DNA of 52,004 nucleotides, taken from assembly GCA_003154635.1 (NCBI GenBank), contig PMDX01000093.1, positions 250 through 52,253 on the forward strand, read 5' to 3'. A program made the translations under genes and the position numbers. This stretch comes from Actinomycetota bacterium. Its GTDB lineage: Bacteria; Actinomycetota; Geothermincolia; Fen-727; Anoxymicrobiaceae. Position 1 is the first letter of the stretch. The number at the start of each line of letters is the position of its first letter. A model generated the notes under the pieces. That model saw only the letters and a list, made by a program, of their open reading frames with translations. It was not told where the DNA came from and did no database searches. Shown here in pieces: positions 41,185-50,706 of this stretch.

Positions 41185-42876
41185 TCAGTCGGGAGGGGAA
41201 TCCGAATCGTCGCTGACAGCATCCTGCACGATGGGCTCGTCGATCTCGAGCACTGCCCCCGGTTTGCCGGTCTCGTCTATCACGACGGTCCACCTGCTGA
41301 TAACCGGAACGACGTCGCCGCTCCTTGAAGTATGGGTCAGACGCCCTTCCCAGCAACCATTGGCGAGCAGGACGAAATCGATCTCACCGGGTGGGCATGG
41401 GAACACCGTTTCGAGGAGCTCGTGAGCGACCTTGCCAACGGCTTCATCCGCGTTCCACCCGAACAGGCTTTCCGCACCGGCGTTCCATGTGCGGATCCCG
41501 TCGTTCATATCACGATGGATTATTGCGAAAGGCAGCACATCCATGAGGCGGGCTTTCTCTTCGAGCTCGACGGCGCGATGCCGAAGGTCGTCCATGGCGA
41601 GCTCTTCCTCCGTGACTTCCCTCATGGTTGCCAGGACGGCACTCACATTTGCGTCCCAACCGGTTATCGGACTGAGGATATACTCGAACTCGCCCTCACC
41701 GCTAACGGTCGGAAGATGCAGCCGGCCCGCACGCTGCTCTCCGGTCCTGACGACATTCTCGCGCATCACGTCGAGGGGGTGCATGGCCTTTTCGGAGAGT
41801 CCAAGGTCCCACCAGTACCGGCCCTCCACTTCGCCCTGCTTCAGCCCGAGCAGCTTCGATGCGGGCTCGCTTGCGTAGATGAACTTGCCTCTGGTGTCAA
41901 AGAGGTAGAAGTGGTCGGGGGACGAGGAGAGTATCTGGTCGAGCATCCTTGCCTGCCCGTGCACCTGCGCTGACAGCGTCTTGAGCGAGCCTTCTACCCT
42001 CTGTCTGACGGCGATTTCGGCCCGGAGCTCGCGGTTCGACTCGGCCAGTTGCGACGTGCGCTCGCGCACCCGCTCCTCGAGCTCATCGCGGGCTTTCTTG
42101 ACCGCGTCCTCCGCCCTCCTGCGCTCGGTCATATCCTGAGCGAAGAGCGCCACTCTCTCGACCTCGCCGTTCTCACCCGCGATTGGGTGTATCACCAGCT
42201 CGAGGTACGTGCCTTTGTACTCATCGCTGAAGTGCGCCGGTGCGCCGGTGTTGAACACCTCCGCCATCGTCTCCTTGCATTCCCGGGCGAGCTCGGGAGG
42301 GGTGTGCTCGAAGAAATTCATTCCTGTTATCTCGTCTGGCTCCATCTTCATGCGTTTAGCCGCCGTCTCGTTGGCCGCAAGCACGGTCCCCTGCCTGTCG
42401 AGTAGCACCAGGGTCTGGAGAGTGGCGTTCAGCAGGGCGCGCTCGTTCTCCTCGCTACGCCGCAGCCTCTCCTCGGCTTTATTGAGAGCGATCTCGTTGA
42501 GGACGTTCGCGACAGCCTCGGGCAGCCGCGCGGACATCCTGTTGTCCTTTACCACGTATCCAGAGACGCGTAGCCTCAGCGCTTCGGAGGCGACCGACTC
42601 ATCGCCCTGACCCGTGACCATTATGACGGGCGGGTGGTTCTTCTTGCCGGTGATCTCGTTGAGGAGTTGCAGGCCGGAACCGTCGGGAAGCTGGTAATCG
42701 AGAATCACCACGTCGATCGCCTGAGAAACGAGGTGCCGCCTCGCCTCCTGGACGTCGCTGGCTATCTCTACGGACGCCTGAAAACGCCTTGAAAGCAGGC
42801 GTTCCACACTCCGCGCGATCTCGGCGTCGTCGTCGACGACCAGCATGCGGGTTCTGGTGTCAGTGCTAAGTGTCAT
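41185..42876 (-). CDS. response-regulator receiver domain followed by about three PAS domains (no output domain)
   Basis: MLVVDDDAEIARSVE...DVVILDYQLPDGSGL...VIMVTGQGDE is the REC domain. Repeated PAS-like segments and coiled-coil linkers follow. Confidence 0.85.
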   Translation of the reverse strand: MTLSTDTRTRMLVVDDDAEIARSVERLLSRRFQASVEIASDVQEARRHLVSQAIDVVILDYQLPDGSGLQLLNEITGKKNHPPVIMVTGQGDESVASEALRLRVSGYVVKDNRMSARLPEAVANVLNEIALNKAEERLRRSEENERALLNATLQTLVLLDRQGTVLAANETAAKRMKMEPDEITGMNFFEHTPPELARECKETMAEVFNTGAPAHFSDEYKGTYLELVIHPIAGENGEVERVALFAQDMTERRRAEDAVKKARDELEERVRERTSQLAESNRELRAEIAVRQRVEGSLKTLSAQVHGQARMLDQILSSSPDHFYLFDTRGKFIYASEPASKLLGLKQGEVEGRYWWDLGLSEKAMHPLDVMRENVVRTGEQRAGRLHLPTVSGEGEFEYILSPITGWDANVSAVLATMREVTEEELAMDDLRHRAVELEEKARLMDVLPFAIIHRDMNDGIRTWNAGAESLFGWNADEAVGKVAHELLETVFPCPPGEIDFVLLANGCWEGRLTHTSRSGDVVPVISRWTVVIDETGKPGAVLEIDEPIVQDAVSDDSDSPPD

Positions 42877-42982
42877 ATTGATCCCAGGTCAAAGGAAATG
42901 TCGGAATATCTAATTCAACGAAGGGCAACCAGCCCCTGCCAACGGGATGGGACGTTTTTGTGGACTCCGTGTGAAAAGGTGC

Positions 42983-44623
42983 TCAGGGCTCGGCCTTGAT
43001 GTCTCTGAGCGATAGCTCAAAGCACGCGCCTCCGTTGTTGTAAGCCCTGACATCTCCTCCGTACGCGCTAACGACTTTCTTGACTATGGCCAGGCCGATT
43101 CCACTACTGCGGTTTTTTCCCGACCTGACGAACGGCGTGAATATCTCGTCGATCACCTGTTCCGGGATGCCCGAGCTGTTATCGCACACCTGGAACCGGT
43201 GGGCGCCGGCCTTGTCATCCAGTCTTCTGATGGCGACGACCGGCTCGGGGCTGTCGTTGTGCAGGATAGCATTTGATATGAGGTTGCCGAACACCTGGTA
43301 CATCTGCGTCTCGTTTGCCCTGATCGTCCCGAGGTCAGGATCGATCTGGAGTTTGACGCCATGGGATGCGACTTGATGCGCGTACTCTTCGACCACCTTG
43401 TGGACCACGCCCCTGATGTCGACTTCGGTGATGTTGACTGGTTGCTGCCCGGCCTCGGCGAGGAGCAGGAGGTCGTTAATCAGCTTGTAGGCCTTGCTGG
43501 TGCTACGCCCGATAAGCGCGGTCTCTTCGTCGATCTCCGAGCGCAGGATCTCGTCTTTGTCATCGAGCGCGTCGCGGAGCAGTTCGTTTGCCATTATGAC
43601 CGCCGAGAGCGGACTCCTGAGGTCGTGGGAGACTGTGTGGGCATACGCGTCGAGCCCCTCGTTGGCGCGTCTCAAGTCCTCTTCGGTCTTCTTGCGGTCG
43701 CTGATATCGCGGAACATGAGCACACGTCCGATTGCCTGCCCCTGGTCATCCAGCATGACACTGACTGAAACCAGCGCCGGCAGCGTGGAGCCGTCCTTCC
43801 GGGTCATCTCGATCTCACCGTTCCACTCTGCCGTGTTCTCAAACGCTTCGGACAGCTCGGCCGGGAACAACCCGACCTGCTTTCCGGAGAGCATCGATTC
43901 GTAACTTTGCTGCCCTAGCAACTCCCCCTCTTCGTATCCGAGCAGCCTGTAGAACGCCGTGTTGGCATAGACGAGGCGAAGATCCCCATCGAGCACGTTA
44001 ATGGCCTCGAAAGAGCTGTCGGCAAGATACTTGAACCTCCGCAACTCAGAGGTCCTTTCCGCGACCTGTCGCTCGAGCTCCCTGGCCCGCTCACGGTCGA
44101 TGCGTTCCTGTTCGCGAAGGTCAGTGACCACCGCAAAGAGTACACGCGAATCCGCGAGGTCCATCGGGGCGACGGCAAGATACACCTCCACAGGCTTGCC
44201 GGAACCGCTCCTGAGCTCGAACTCGCCCCTGACACCGCCGTTTGCCTGCAGCTGTGAAAGGCGGAGGAAATCACTCTTCTGCTCGGGTGAAGACAGGAAG
44301 CGGAAGAAAGATGAGCCGATGACGGAATCCATCGGTTCGTCGACAATGGTCGCGAATAATGAGTTGCAGTAGAGCACAGTGCCATCTTCCCCTATGGTCA
44401 CGGCTCCTTCGTGCATGGTCTCGATGATGGTGCGGTATGCCTGGTCGGCGCCATCGAGGGTGTAGACCCTGGCGTCGGATTCCCCGGTGACCACAAAGGC
44501 GTCAACCTCGCCGAGGCTGATAGCCCGGAGGGTGTCTTCGGCCTCGCGCAACCGCTCGCGCAACCGCGCGATCTCTGAGGCATTTTCGCGGCCGGGCTGC
44601 TCGTCCTCCGACACTGGAATCAC
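42983..44623 (-). CDS. PAS-domain sensor histidine kinase
   Basis: H-box YAHTVSHDLRSPL. The HATPase_c C-terminus (AYNNGGACFELSL) is paralogous to the 39918 gene. Two PAS segments. GTG start. Confidence 0.85.
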   Translation of the reverse strand: MIPVSEDEQPGRENASEIARLRERLREAEDTLRAISLGEVDAFVVTGESDARVYTLDGADQAYRTIIETMHEGAVTIGEDGTVLYCNSLFATIVDEPMDSVIGSSFFRFLSSPEQKSDFLRLSQLQANGGVRGEFELRSGSGKPVEVYLAVAPMDLADSRVLFAVVTDLREQERIDRERARELERQVAERTSELRRFKYLADSSFEAINVLDGDLRLVYANTAFYRLLGYEEGELLGQQSYESMLSGKQVGLFPAELSEAFENTAEWNGEIEMTRKDGSTLPALVSVSVMLDDQGQAIGRVLMFRDISDRKKTEEDLRRANEGLDAYAHTVSHDLRSPLSAVIMANELLRDALDDKDEILRSEIDEETALIGRSTSKAYKLINDLLLLAEAGQQPVNITEVDIRGVVHKVVEEYAHQVASHGVKLQIDPDLGTIRANETQMYQVFGNLISNAILHNDSPEPVVAIRRLDDKAGAHRFQVCDNSSGIPEQVIDEIFTPFVRSGKNRSSGIGLAIVKKVVSAYGGDVRAYNNGGACFELSLRDIKAEP

Positions 44624-45084
44624 CTAGTCCCTGGTCTTTACATCAAGGCCGACCAGCCCTCGCTCTTAATCCGAAAGGTCGCCGATGAATTTCTGGAAAG
44701 GCGGAGGCAGCTCCGTGATCTAGTCCAACCCGGGAATGCCCGTCGTCACTTTCTCTATGCCCGGCCTAACGCTGGTTGGTTGCTCTTCCAGCGTATCCCC
44801 CCAGAGCCAGGCAGAAAATCCGAAACCCGGTAAGTGCTCGCAATCAAATATTTTACCACTGGAGGAGAGCGAAGCAAAGAAACCAGTGGCTGGGTGGAGG
44901 TGGTATCCACGCCGGGCTCCAGACGCCGGTTTTGGGTTAATGGAAGCGCATTTCACCATGCCGACAACGTCATGTCACGAAACAACAGGAATGGGCTGGA
45001 CGTCCAAACGGGTAGGCTTGTCCGGAGAAGGAACGAATAATATAGTGGGCGTGTTCGAGTGACGGTAATATAACAAGGATACTT

Positions 45085-45115
45085 TCAGGGAGCGGGTGCG
45101 CCAGCCGCTCCCTGA
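45085..45115. repeat. 11-bp perfect inverted repeat hairpin
   Basis: TCAGGGAGCGG (45085-45095), 9-nt loop, CCGCTCCCTGA (45105-45115). It lies 25 nt upstream of the TTG start at 45140. Confidence 0.6.
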
Positions 45116-45139
45116 TGGTTCAAGAGGAGAAACCGGTAG

Positions 45140-46897
45140 TTGATCAGAGCCAAAGCCCTCTCAATCAATGAATGGGCAACGAGGTGCCTCGAGCCCGCAT
45201 ACCCGGCGATCGCGAGCTTCGCGATATGTTCGGCGCTGATCATGTGCACCCTTAACTTCGCGGTAGCGATCGGCCACGGGGTCGGGGCCGCGGCCACACG
45301 CGCGGGGCAGTTCGTCCGGGTCGGCACCTGGCAGGGGCCTGCCGCGCTGCCCATCCTGCTCTGCATATTCTTCCTGGTGCTGTGTTACGAGCTGTGGCTC
45401 AGAAAGAGGACGGCCCTGATAATCCTCTCCTCGGTCATCATCATCCAGGCGGTCGTCGATATCTTCAAGGGCATGAATCCCGCAAAGGGCATCCTCACCA
45501 TGATGGCCGGCGTCGTGCTCCTTGCCTCGATGCGCGAGTTTCCCGCGCGGCCCGACAGGAAGTCATTCAGGCATCTCAAGATCCTCTTGCCCGCCCTGAT
45601 GGCATCGTTCTTCGCCTACGGGGTCGTGGGCCTCTACTTTTTACGGTTCGACCTCGGGCTCGGCGGAAGCCGGGCCTACGCGCTCGCGTACCGCTCGATC
45701 CAGGTGGCGGCGGGTGAGAGCGACCTTCTTTTCAGCGGCTGGATGGTTGTCTACAAAGATCTACTGATACTCCTCGCGCTGGCGATTATCGTGTTCATCG
45801 GAGTGATGCTATTCAGGCCTTATCGTGAGGCCGCCGTTTCCGACCCGTTGCTCCGTGAAAAGGCACGAGACATTGTCAAGCGTTACGGGTCTGATTCGCT
45901 CGCCTATTTCAACCTCCGCGATGACAAGAGGCTTTACTTCTACGGCGACGAGATGTTCATCGCATACAAGCTGGTCGGTGACCTGGCGATCATCTCCAGC
46001 GATCCCGTGGGGCGCACAGACCTCATACCCCCAGCGATAGAGTCATTCAAGGAGTATTGCCGAGAGCGTGGGTGGCGCGTGGGAGGTGTCGCCGCTAATG
46101 GTGACCTGCTGCCGTTGTACGAGGATGCCGGGCTCAAGGGGTTTCATTTCGGCGACGAATCGGTGCTGGACCTATCACGGTTCACGCTCGAGGGCCGTGA
46201 CGTACGAAAGCTGAGACAGTCGGTGAACAAGCTCGACAAGTCCGGGGTCACTATCGAGTTCATGTTCAACTCGAGCATGCCGACCCACATCAGACATGAC
46301 CTCGGTCGGATCTCCACCGACTGGCGCGGCGGCAAGGAAGAGACCGGTTACTCGATGGGGCTCGGCCGCCTGATGAGCTCAGAGGACCCCGACTGCCTGC
46401 TGTCCGTTGCTTACGACAAAGACATGAGCCCTATCGGCTTCATGTACTGGGTCCCCATGTACCCGCACCTCGGGTATTCGCTCGATATCCACCGCAGCAG
46501 GCTCGACGCGCCGGGTGCAATGTCCGAGTACATCATCGCCAAGACCGCGGCTTTCCTGGGCGAAAACGGCTACAGCTACCTGTCACTGCATTTCCTCGCC
46601 TTCGCTCAGCACTACCGCGAAGACAGGACCGAGCCCGGCAGCCCGTTCTGGCGAAACGTGGCCAGGGTGTTCAGCAGGATTTTCCCGGTCATCTCGGTCT
46701 ATCGATTCGACAAGAAGTTCTCTCCGATCTGGAAAAAGCGTATGATTCTACATCAGAGTGCTGTAGACACGCTGCTGGTCGGACTCGCGATCATCTCAGC
46801 CGAATCGGCGCTGGGCGTGACAAGGCCGTCTGACCGCGACCGGAAAAACGAACCGGGTTTCGCTACAAGGCTTAAGTCCCGGCTCAAGAAGAAGTAG
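45140..46897 (+). CDS. MprF C-terminal-like (DUF2156, aminoacyl-phosphatidylglycerol synthase-type) protein with N-terminal TM domain
   Basis: 585 aa. About 6 TM helices, then VKRYGSDSLAYFNLRDDKRLYFYGDEMFIAYKLVGDLAIISSDPVG and the FRFDKKF-type C-terminus (YRFDKKFSPIW). Confidence 0.8.
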   Translation: MIRAKALSINEWATRCLEPAYPAIASFAICSALIMCTLNFAVAIGHGVGAAATRAGQFVRVGTWQGPAALPILLCIFFLVLCYELWLRKRTALIILSSVIIIQAVVDIFKGMNPAKGILTMMAGVVLLASMREFPARPDRKSFRHLKILLPALMASFFAYGVVGLYFLRFDLGLGGSRAYALAYRSIQVAAGESDLLFSGWMVVYKDLLILLALAIIVFIGVMLFRPYREAAVSDPLLREKARDIVKRYGSDSLAYFNLRDDKRLYFYGDEMFIAYKLVGDLAIISSDPVGRTDLIPPAIESFKEYCRERGWRVGGVAANGDLLPLYEDAGLKGFHFGDESVLDLSRFTLEGRDVRKLRQSVNKLDKSGVTIEFMFNSSMPTHIRHDLGRISTDWRGGKEETGYSMGLGRLMSSEDPDCLLSVAYDKDMSPIGFMYWVPMYPHLGYSLDIHRSRLDAPGAMSEYIIAKTAAFLGENGYSYLSLHFLAFAQHYREDRTEPGSPFWRNVARVFSRIFPVISVYRFDKKFSPIWKKRMILHQSAVDTLLVGLAIISAESALGVTRPSDRDRKNEPGFATRLKSRLKKK

Positions 46898-46907
46898 AAT
46901 CACACGT

Positions 46908-47561
46908 ATGCTCGTAGATCTGCACGTACACACCAACATCTCTTCGAGGTGCTCTTCGGTCCAGCCTGAGGAGCTGGTCGAACGTGCGCGCCAACTCGGC
47001 CTCGACGCCGTATGCGTTACCGAGCACTCCACATTTCGTGGTGCGCAGGTCAACTACGAGTACGCGCTTGAGCGGGGGTTCAAGGTATTCCGCGGTATGG
47101 AGGTCTACACTGAGCTCGGGGACATGATCGTGTTCGGCTGGGAGACGAACATACGCTACTACCTGTTCCCGTTCGAGGACCTCAAGCGCGAGGTGCAGGA
47201 GCGCAACGGGGTCATCATCCCCGCGCATCCGTGCCGGGGGGTCGCCGACGCGCGGCACCGCCACCGGGACGGAATGGACGAAGACCTCCTCGAGTGCATC
47301 TCCGCCATCGAGACGCACAACGGGGCAATGACCCGCAAGAGCAATGACGAGGCCGAGTGCATTCGCGAAAAGTACGGGCTCTTCGGCGTCGGGGGAAGCG
47401 ACGCTCATCACGTCAGCCATATCGGCCGGTGCGTTACCGTCTTCGAGGACGAAATTGCCGACGAGGTGGAGTTGATGGAGGCTCTGCGGTCCGGGCGTTA
47501 TAGGGCCTGCTACGGCAAGGAGGTCCTGGGGGTCGACCTGGAGATCGAACCGACCGCCTGA
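46908..47561 (+). CDS. PHP-domain metal-dependent phosphoesterase
   Basis: MLVDLHVHTNISSRCS...AVCVTEHS...PAHP...GGSDAHH metal-ligand motifs. Confidence 0.8.
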   Translation: MLVDLHVHTNISSRCSSVQPEELVERARQLGLDAVCVTEHSTFRGAQVNYEYALERGFKVFRGMEVYTELGDMIVFGWETNIRYYLFPFEDLKREVQERNGVIIPAHPCRGVADARHRHRDGMDEDLLECISAIETHNGAMTRKSNDEAECIREKYGLFGVGGSDAHHVSHIGRCVTVFEDEIADEVELMEALRSGRYRACYGKEVLGVDLEIEPTA

Positions 47562-47655
47562 CCGAACCAGCCCGGTTCCTCGCAACGGCAAGCCTCCCAC
47601 CCACACTTATCCAACAAACTTTCCGTTCAAGTTGCTCGACTTGCCGCTCTACAGA

Positions 47656-47683
47656 TTGACTATACGTTCAAAACTTATAGAAT
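47656..47683 (+). promoter_or_regulatory. sigma70-like promoter TTGACT-16 nt-TAGAAT
   Basis: -35 at 47656-47661 and -10 at 47678-47683, in the AT-richer gap upstream of the DUF35/thiolase-like operon. Confidence 0.45.
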
Positions 47684-47876
47684 AGTCTCGCTTTTTGTTC
47701 AGAGCCCAGAGGTGACGGAGAGCAGCTTGCTTAGACCTTACTCGTTCATGTCAAGGCCATCCGCGCCGGCCCATCATGCGGCCGCGGCAAGTCACCGACT
47801 CCGTTCACGAGAAACCCCGCCAAGGTTCCCTGGTTCCGCAAATTAATAGAGTCTTGTAACGGTTTGGCGAAAAGAG

Positions 47877-48350
47877 GTGAGGCAGTTGGCTGGTTGGAAA
47901 GACGAGGTGGAGGAGATCATCTTCCCGGGCAAGATATGCGTGCCCTATTCCTGGACCGTCGGCAGCACCCTCAGCAAATGGTACGTACAGCTGAGGGATG
48001 ACGGAGAAATTTGGGCAAACCGCTGTCCGTCCTGCGGGAAGGTCTACGTCCCCCCCAAGATCAAGTGCATCGATTGCTACAAGGACATGAACGACTGGAT
48101 CAAGCTGCCCGGCACGGGCACGGTCGAGACCTACACCGTGGTTCATTACAGCGAGCCGGGGCTGCACCCCAAGAAGCCACCATTCGTCTACGGTGTCATC
48201 AAGATGGACGGAGCCGACACGGGCCTGGTCCATCTGATCGACGGTGTGGATCCAGATAAGGTCAAGGTGGGAATGCGGGTGCAGGCCGTGATGGCCAAGG
48301 AACGCGATGGCCACATCACGGATATCAAGCACTTCAAGCCCATCGCTTAA
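47877..48350 (+). CDS. Zn-ribbon/OB-fold protein (DUF35 family)
   Basis: CPSCGKVYVPPKIKCIDCY rubredoxin-like knuckle followed by an OB-fold segment (GTVETYTVVH...). The start is uncertain (GTG at 47877 or TTG at 47886). Confidence 0.85.
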   Translation: MRQLAGWKDEVEEIIFPGKICVPYSWTVGSTLSKWYVQLRDDGEIWANRCPSCGKVYVPPKIKCIDCYKDMNDWIKLPGTGTVETYTVVHYSEPGLHPKKPPFVYGVIKMDGADTGLVHLIDGVDPDKVKVGMRVQAVMAKERDGHITDIKHFKPIA

Positions 48351-48381
48351 CGTCAGCGGAAAAAGAACGGTGGTGAGATAA

Positions 48382-49518
48382 TTGGAACGAGTAGCTGTCA
48401 TAGGCGTAGGGCAGACGAAGTACAGCGCCGGAATGCGCGAGACATTTCATGAGCTCGTCTTCGACGTGGCGACGAAGGCCCTCAAAGACGCGGGCATAAC
48501 CATCAAAGATATCGACAACGTCGTGTCAGTCTCCAGCGACTTCTGGGATGGCCGTACTATATCCAGCATGGCGATATCCGACGCCTCCGGCGCGTTTGGC
48601 AAAGATATTTCGACGGTAGAGGGCGACGGCACTTTCGGTGTCCTCTACGGCATGATGAGAATCCTCTCCGGTAGCTTCGGCACGACCATGGTAGTCGCGC
48701 ATCACAAGGGCACCGAGAGCAACATGAACGGCATTACCAACACCTCATTCGACCCGCTGGTCGAGCGCAAGCTCGGGCTCGACGCGGTGAGTTCGGCGGC
48801 GCTGCAGGCCCGCAGGTACATGACTACCTCCGGGGGCTCCGAGGAGCAGTTCGCGATGGTGTCGGTCAAGAACCACGGCAACGCGATGAACAACCCGTTC
48901 GCGATGCTTCCCATGGAGATCACGGTCGAGGACGTCATGGCATCCAGGATGCTCGCGACGCCCATTAAGAAGCTCGACTGCTCTCCGGTGACCGATGGCG
49001 CGGCCGCGGTCGTTCTGGCGGCCGAGCGCAACGCAAAGAAGTTCACGACGAACAAGAAGAGGGTCTGGCTCAACGGCGTCGGCCATTGCTCTGACGCGTA
49101 CAGGCTCGGCGACCGCGACCTCGCGGATACCCGCGCGCTAAAGCAGGCCGCAAAGATGGCCTACGACATGGCGGGTGTCACATTGGACGACATCGACGTC
49201 GCCGAGGTATACGACGCTTTCTCCTACATGGAGCCGATGTGGCTCGAAGGCCTTGGCTTCTGCGAGGACGGCATGGGTCCCGAGATGACCGAGCGCGGCA
49301 CCTTCAACATGGACGGGGCGCTGCCGGTCAACCCGTCGGGCGGAAGGCTCTCGGCCAATCCCGTGCAGGTCGCGGGGCTGGCGGCCCTCATCGAATGCGT
49401 ACTTCAAATCCGCGGTGAGGCCGGCAAGCGCCAGGTGAAGAAGGCTGAAAAAGCCCTCGCACACGGCATCAACGGGATGTGCGGCCAGTCCCATTGCGTC
49501 TGGATACTGGGTAAGTAG
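48382..49518 (+). CDS. thiolase-fold (SCP-x type) protein lacking the canonical catalytic Cys and His
   Basis: VAVIGVGQTKY N-terminus and VNPSGGRLS...QIRGEAGKRQV C-terminus typical of SCP-x thiolases. The nucleophile position reads VEGDGTFG (canonical VEAACASG), and the GHP site reads SANPVQVAG. Confidence 0.85.
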   Translation: MERVAVIGVGQTKYSAGMRETFHELVFDVATKALKDAGITIKDIDNVVSVSSDFWDGRTISSMAISDASGAFGKDISTVEGDGTFGVLYGMMRILSGSFGTTMVVAHHKGTESNMNGITNTSFDPLVERKLGLDAVSSAALQARRYMTTSGGSEEQFAMVSVKNHGNAMNNPFAMLPMEITVEDVMASRMLATPIKKLDCSPVTDGAAAVVLAAERNAKKFTTNKKRVWLNGVGHCSDAYRLGDRDLADTRALKQAAKMAYDMAGVTLDDIDVAEVYDAFSYMEPMWLEGLGFCEDGMGPEMTERGTFNMDGALPVNPSGGRLSANPVQVAGLAALIECVLQIRGEAGKRQVKKAEKALAHGINGMCGQSHCVWILGK

Positions 49519-49530
49519 GGGGAATGCCAT

Positions 49531-50685
49531 ATGGGAAAGCGAGTCGGAATCGTAGGGGTCGGACAGACCCACCACGCGTCGCAGCGTCTCGATTGCTCGG
49601 GCGTTGAGTTGATAGCGGAGGCAGTGACGAGGGCGCTCGACGACGCAGAGGTAACCCTTGATGATATCGATGCAATAGTCATCGGCAACATGGACCATTT
49701 CGAAAACGTAAACTACGTCGACATGTGGGCCACCGACGGCCTCGGCTCTTGCATGAAGCCGGTCATCAAAGTCACCACCGGAGGCACGACGGGCACCTCG
49801 GTAGCCGCTTGCGCGTACTACCACTCGGCGTCCGGCCTCTTCGATACGGTCATGGCCGTCGGCTGGGAGAAGAACTCCGAGTCGGACACCCAGGCCGCAA
49901 TCGCGACGTGCGCCAACCCGGTGCTCGAGCGCGACCCGTTCGCCGGCGCCATCGGGCCGCTGGCGACCGAGTACTCAATGTACATGGAAGCTTATGGAGC
50001 CACGGAGGAGGACTCGGCGAGAGTAGCCGCGCGCGACCGCAACAACGCGATGAACAACATCTACGCGCACAACCGGATGCACGTGACCGTCGAAGACGTC
50101 CTCAACTCACCGATGCTCTCGTACCCGGTGAAGTTCCTCGACATGTGCCCGCGTTCCGACGGGGCCTGCGCGGTGATCTTCTCTTCGGAGGAAAAAGCCA
50201 AGAAGCTTGCTCCTCAGCCGGCGTGGGTGCACGCTTCGGTCGTGCGCCATGACTACACGCACTTCGGCGACCTGGCATGGCAGTGGATGCCGACGCTCGA
50301 GATGGCCACGCTAGAGGCGTACAAGATAGCGGGCATCACGAATCCAGTCAAAGAGTTCGACGTCGCAGAGCTCTACCTCCCGTGCTCTACCTGCGGGGTC
50401 AAGTGGATGGACTCCTTCTACTTCTGTGAGAGGGGCCAGGCGCCCAAGCTCATCAGGAGCGGGGCGACCCACATGGACGGGATCCTGCCGATCAACCCGT
50501 CGGGCGGCGTCATCTCGTGCAACCCGATCGGCGCGACCGCCCTCCTGCGCGTGGGCGAAGCGGCGTGGCAGATAATGGGCAAATCAGGCGACAGGCAGAT
50601 ACCGAATGTCAAAAAGACTCTCTCGAGTGGGTTCGGCGGCTGCAGTTGGACTGACATAATGATACTCGGAGCAGACTTGCCATAA
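49531..50685 (+). CDS. thiolase-fold (SCP-x type) protein lacking the canonical catalytic Cys and His
   Basis: VGIVGVGQTHH...INPSGGVIS. The nucleophile position reads VTTGGTTG and the GHP site reads SCNPIGATA. RBS AGGGGGAA. Confidence 0.85.
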   Translation: MGKRVGIVGVGQTHHASQRLDCSGVELIAEAVTRALDDAEVTLDDIDAIVIGNMDHFENVNYVDMWATDGLGSCMKPVIKVTTGGTTGTSVAACAYYHSASGLFDTVMAVGWEKNSESDTQAAIATCANPVLERDPFAGAIGPLATEYSMYMEAYGATEEDSARVAARDRNNAMNNIYAHNRMHVTVEDVLNSPMLSYPVKFLDMCPRSDGACAVIFSSEEKAKKLAPQPAWVHASVVRHDYTHFGDLAWQWMPTLEMATLEAYKIAGITNPVKEFDVAELYLPCSTCGVKWMDSFYFCERGQAPKLIRSGATHMDGILPINPSGGVISCNPIGATALLRVGEAAWQIMGKSGDRQIPNVKKTLSSGFGGCSWTDIMILGADLP

Positions 50686-50706
50686 GTCAAGGGAGGTTAA
50701 CAGACA

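Noticed and set aside
45085-45115. The 11-bp inverted repeat as a rho-independent terminator.
   Set aside because: No U-tract follows on either strand and no upstream plus-strand gene ends nearby. It is kept only as an unexplained hairpin or possible operator before the MprF-like gene.
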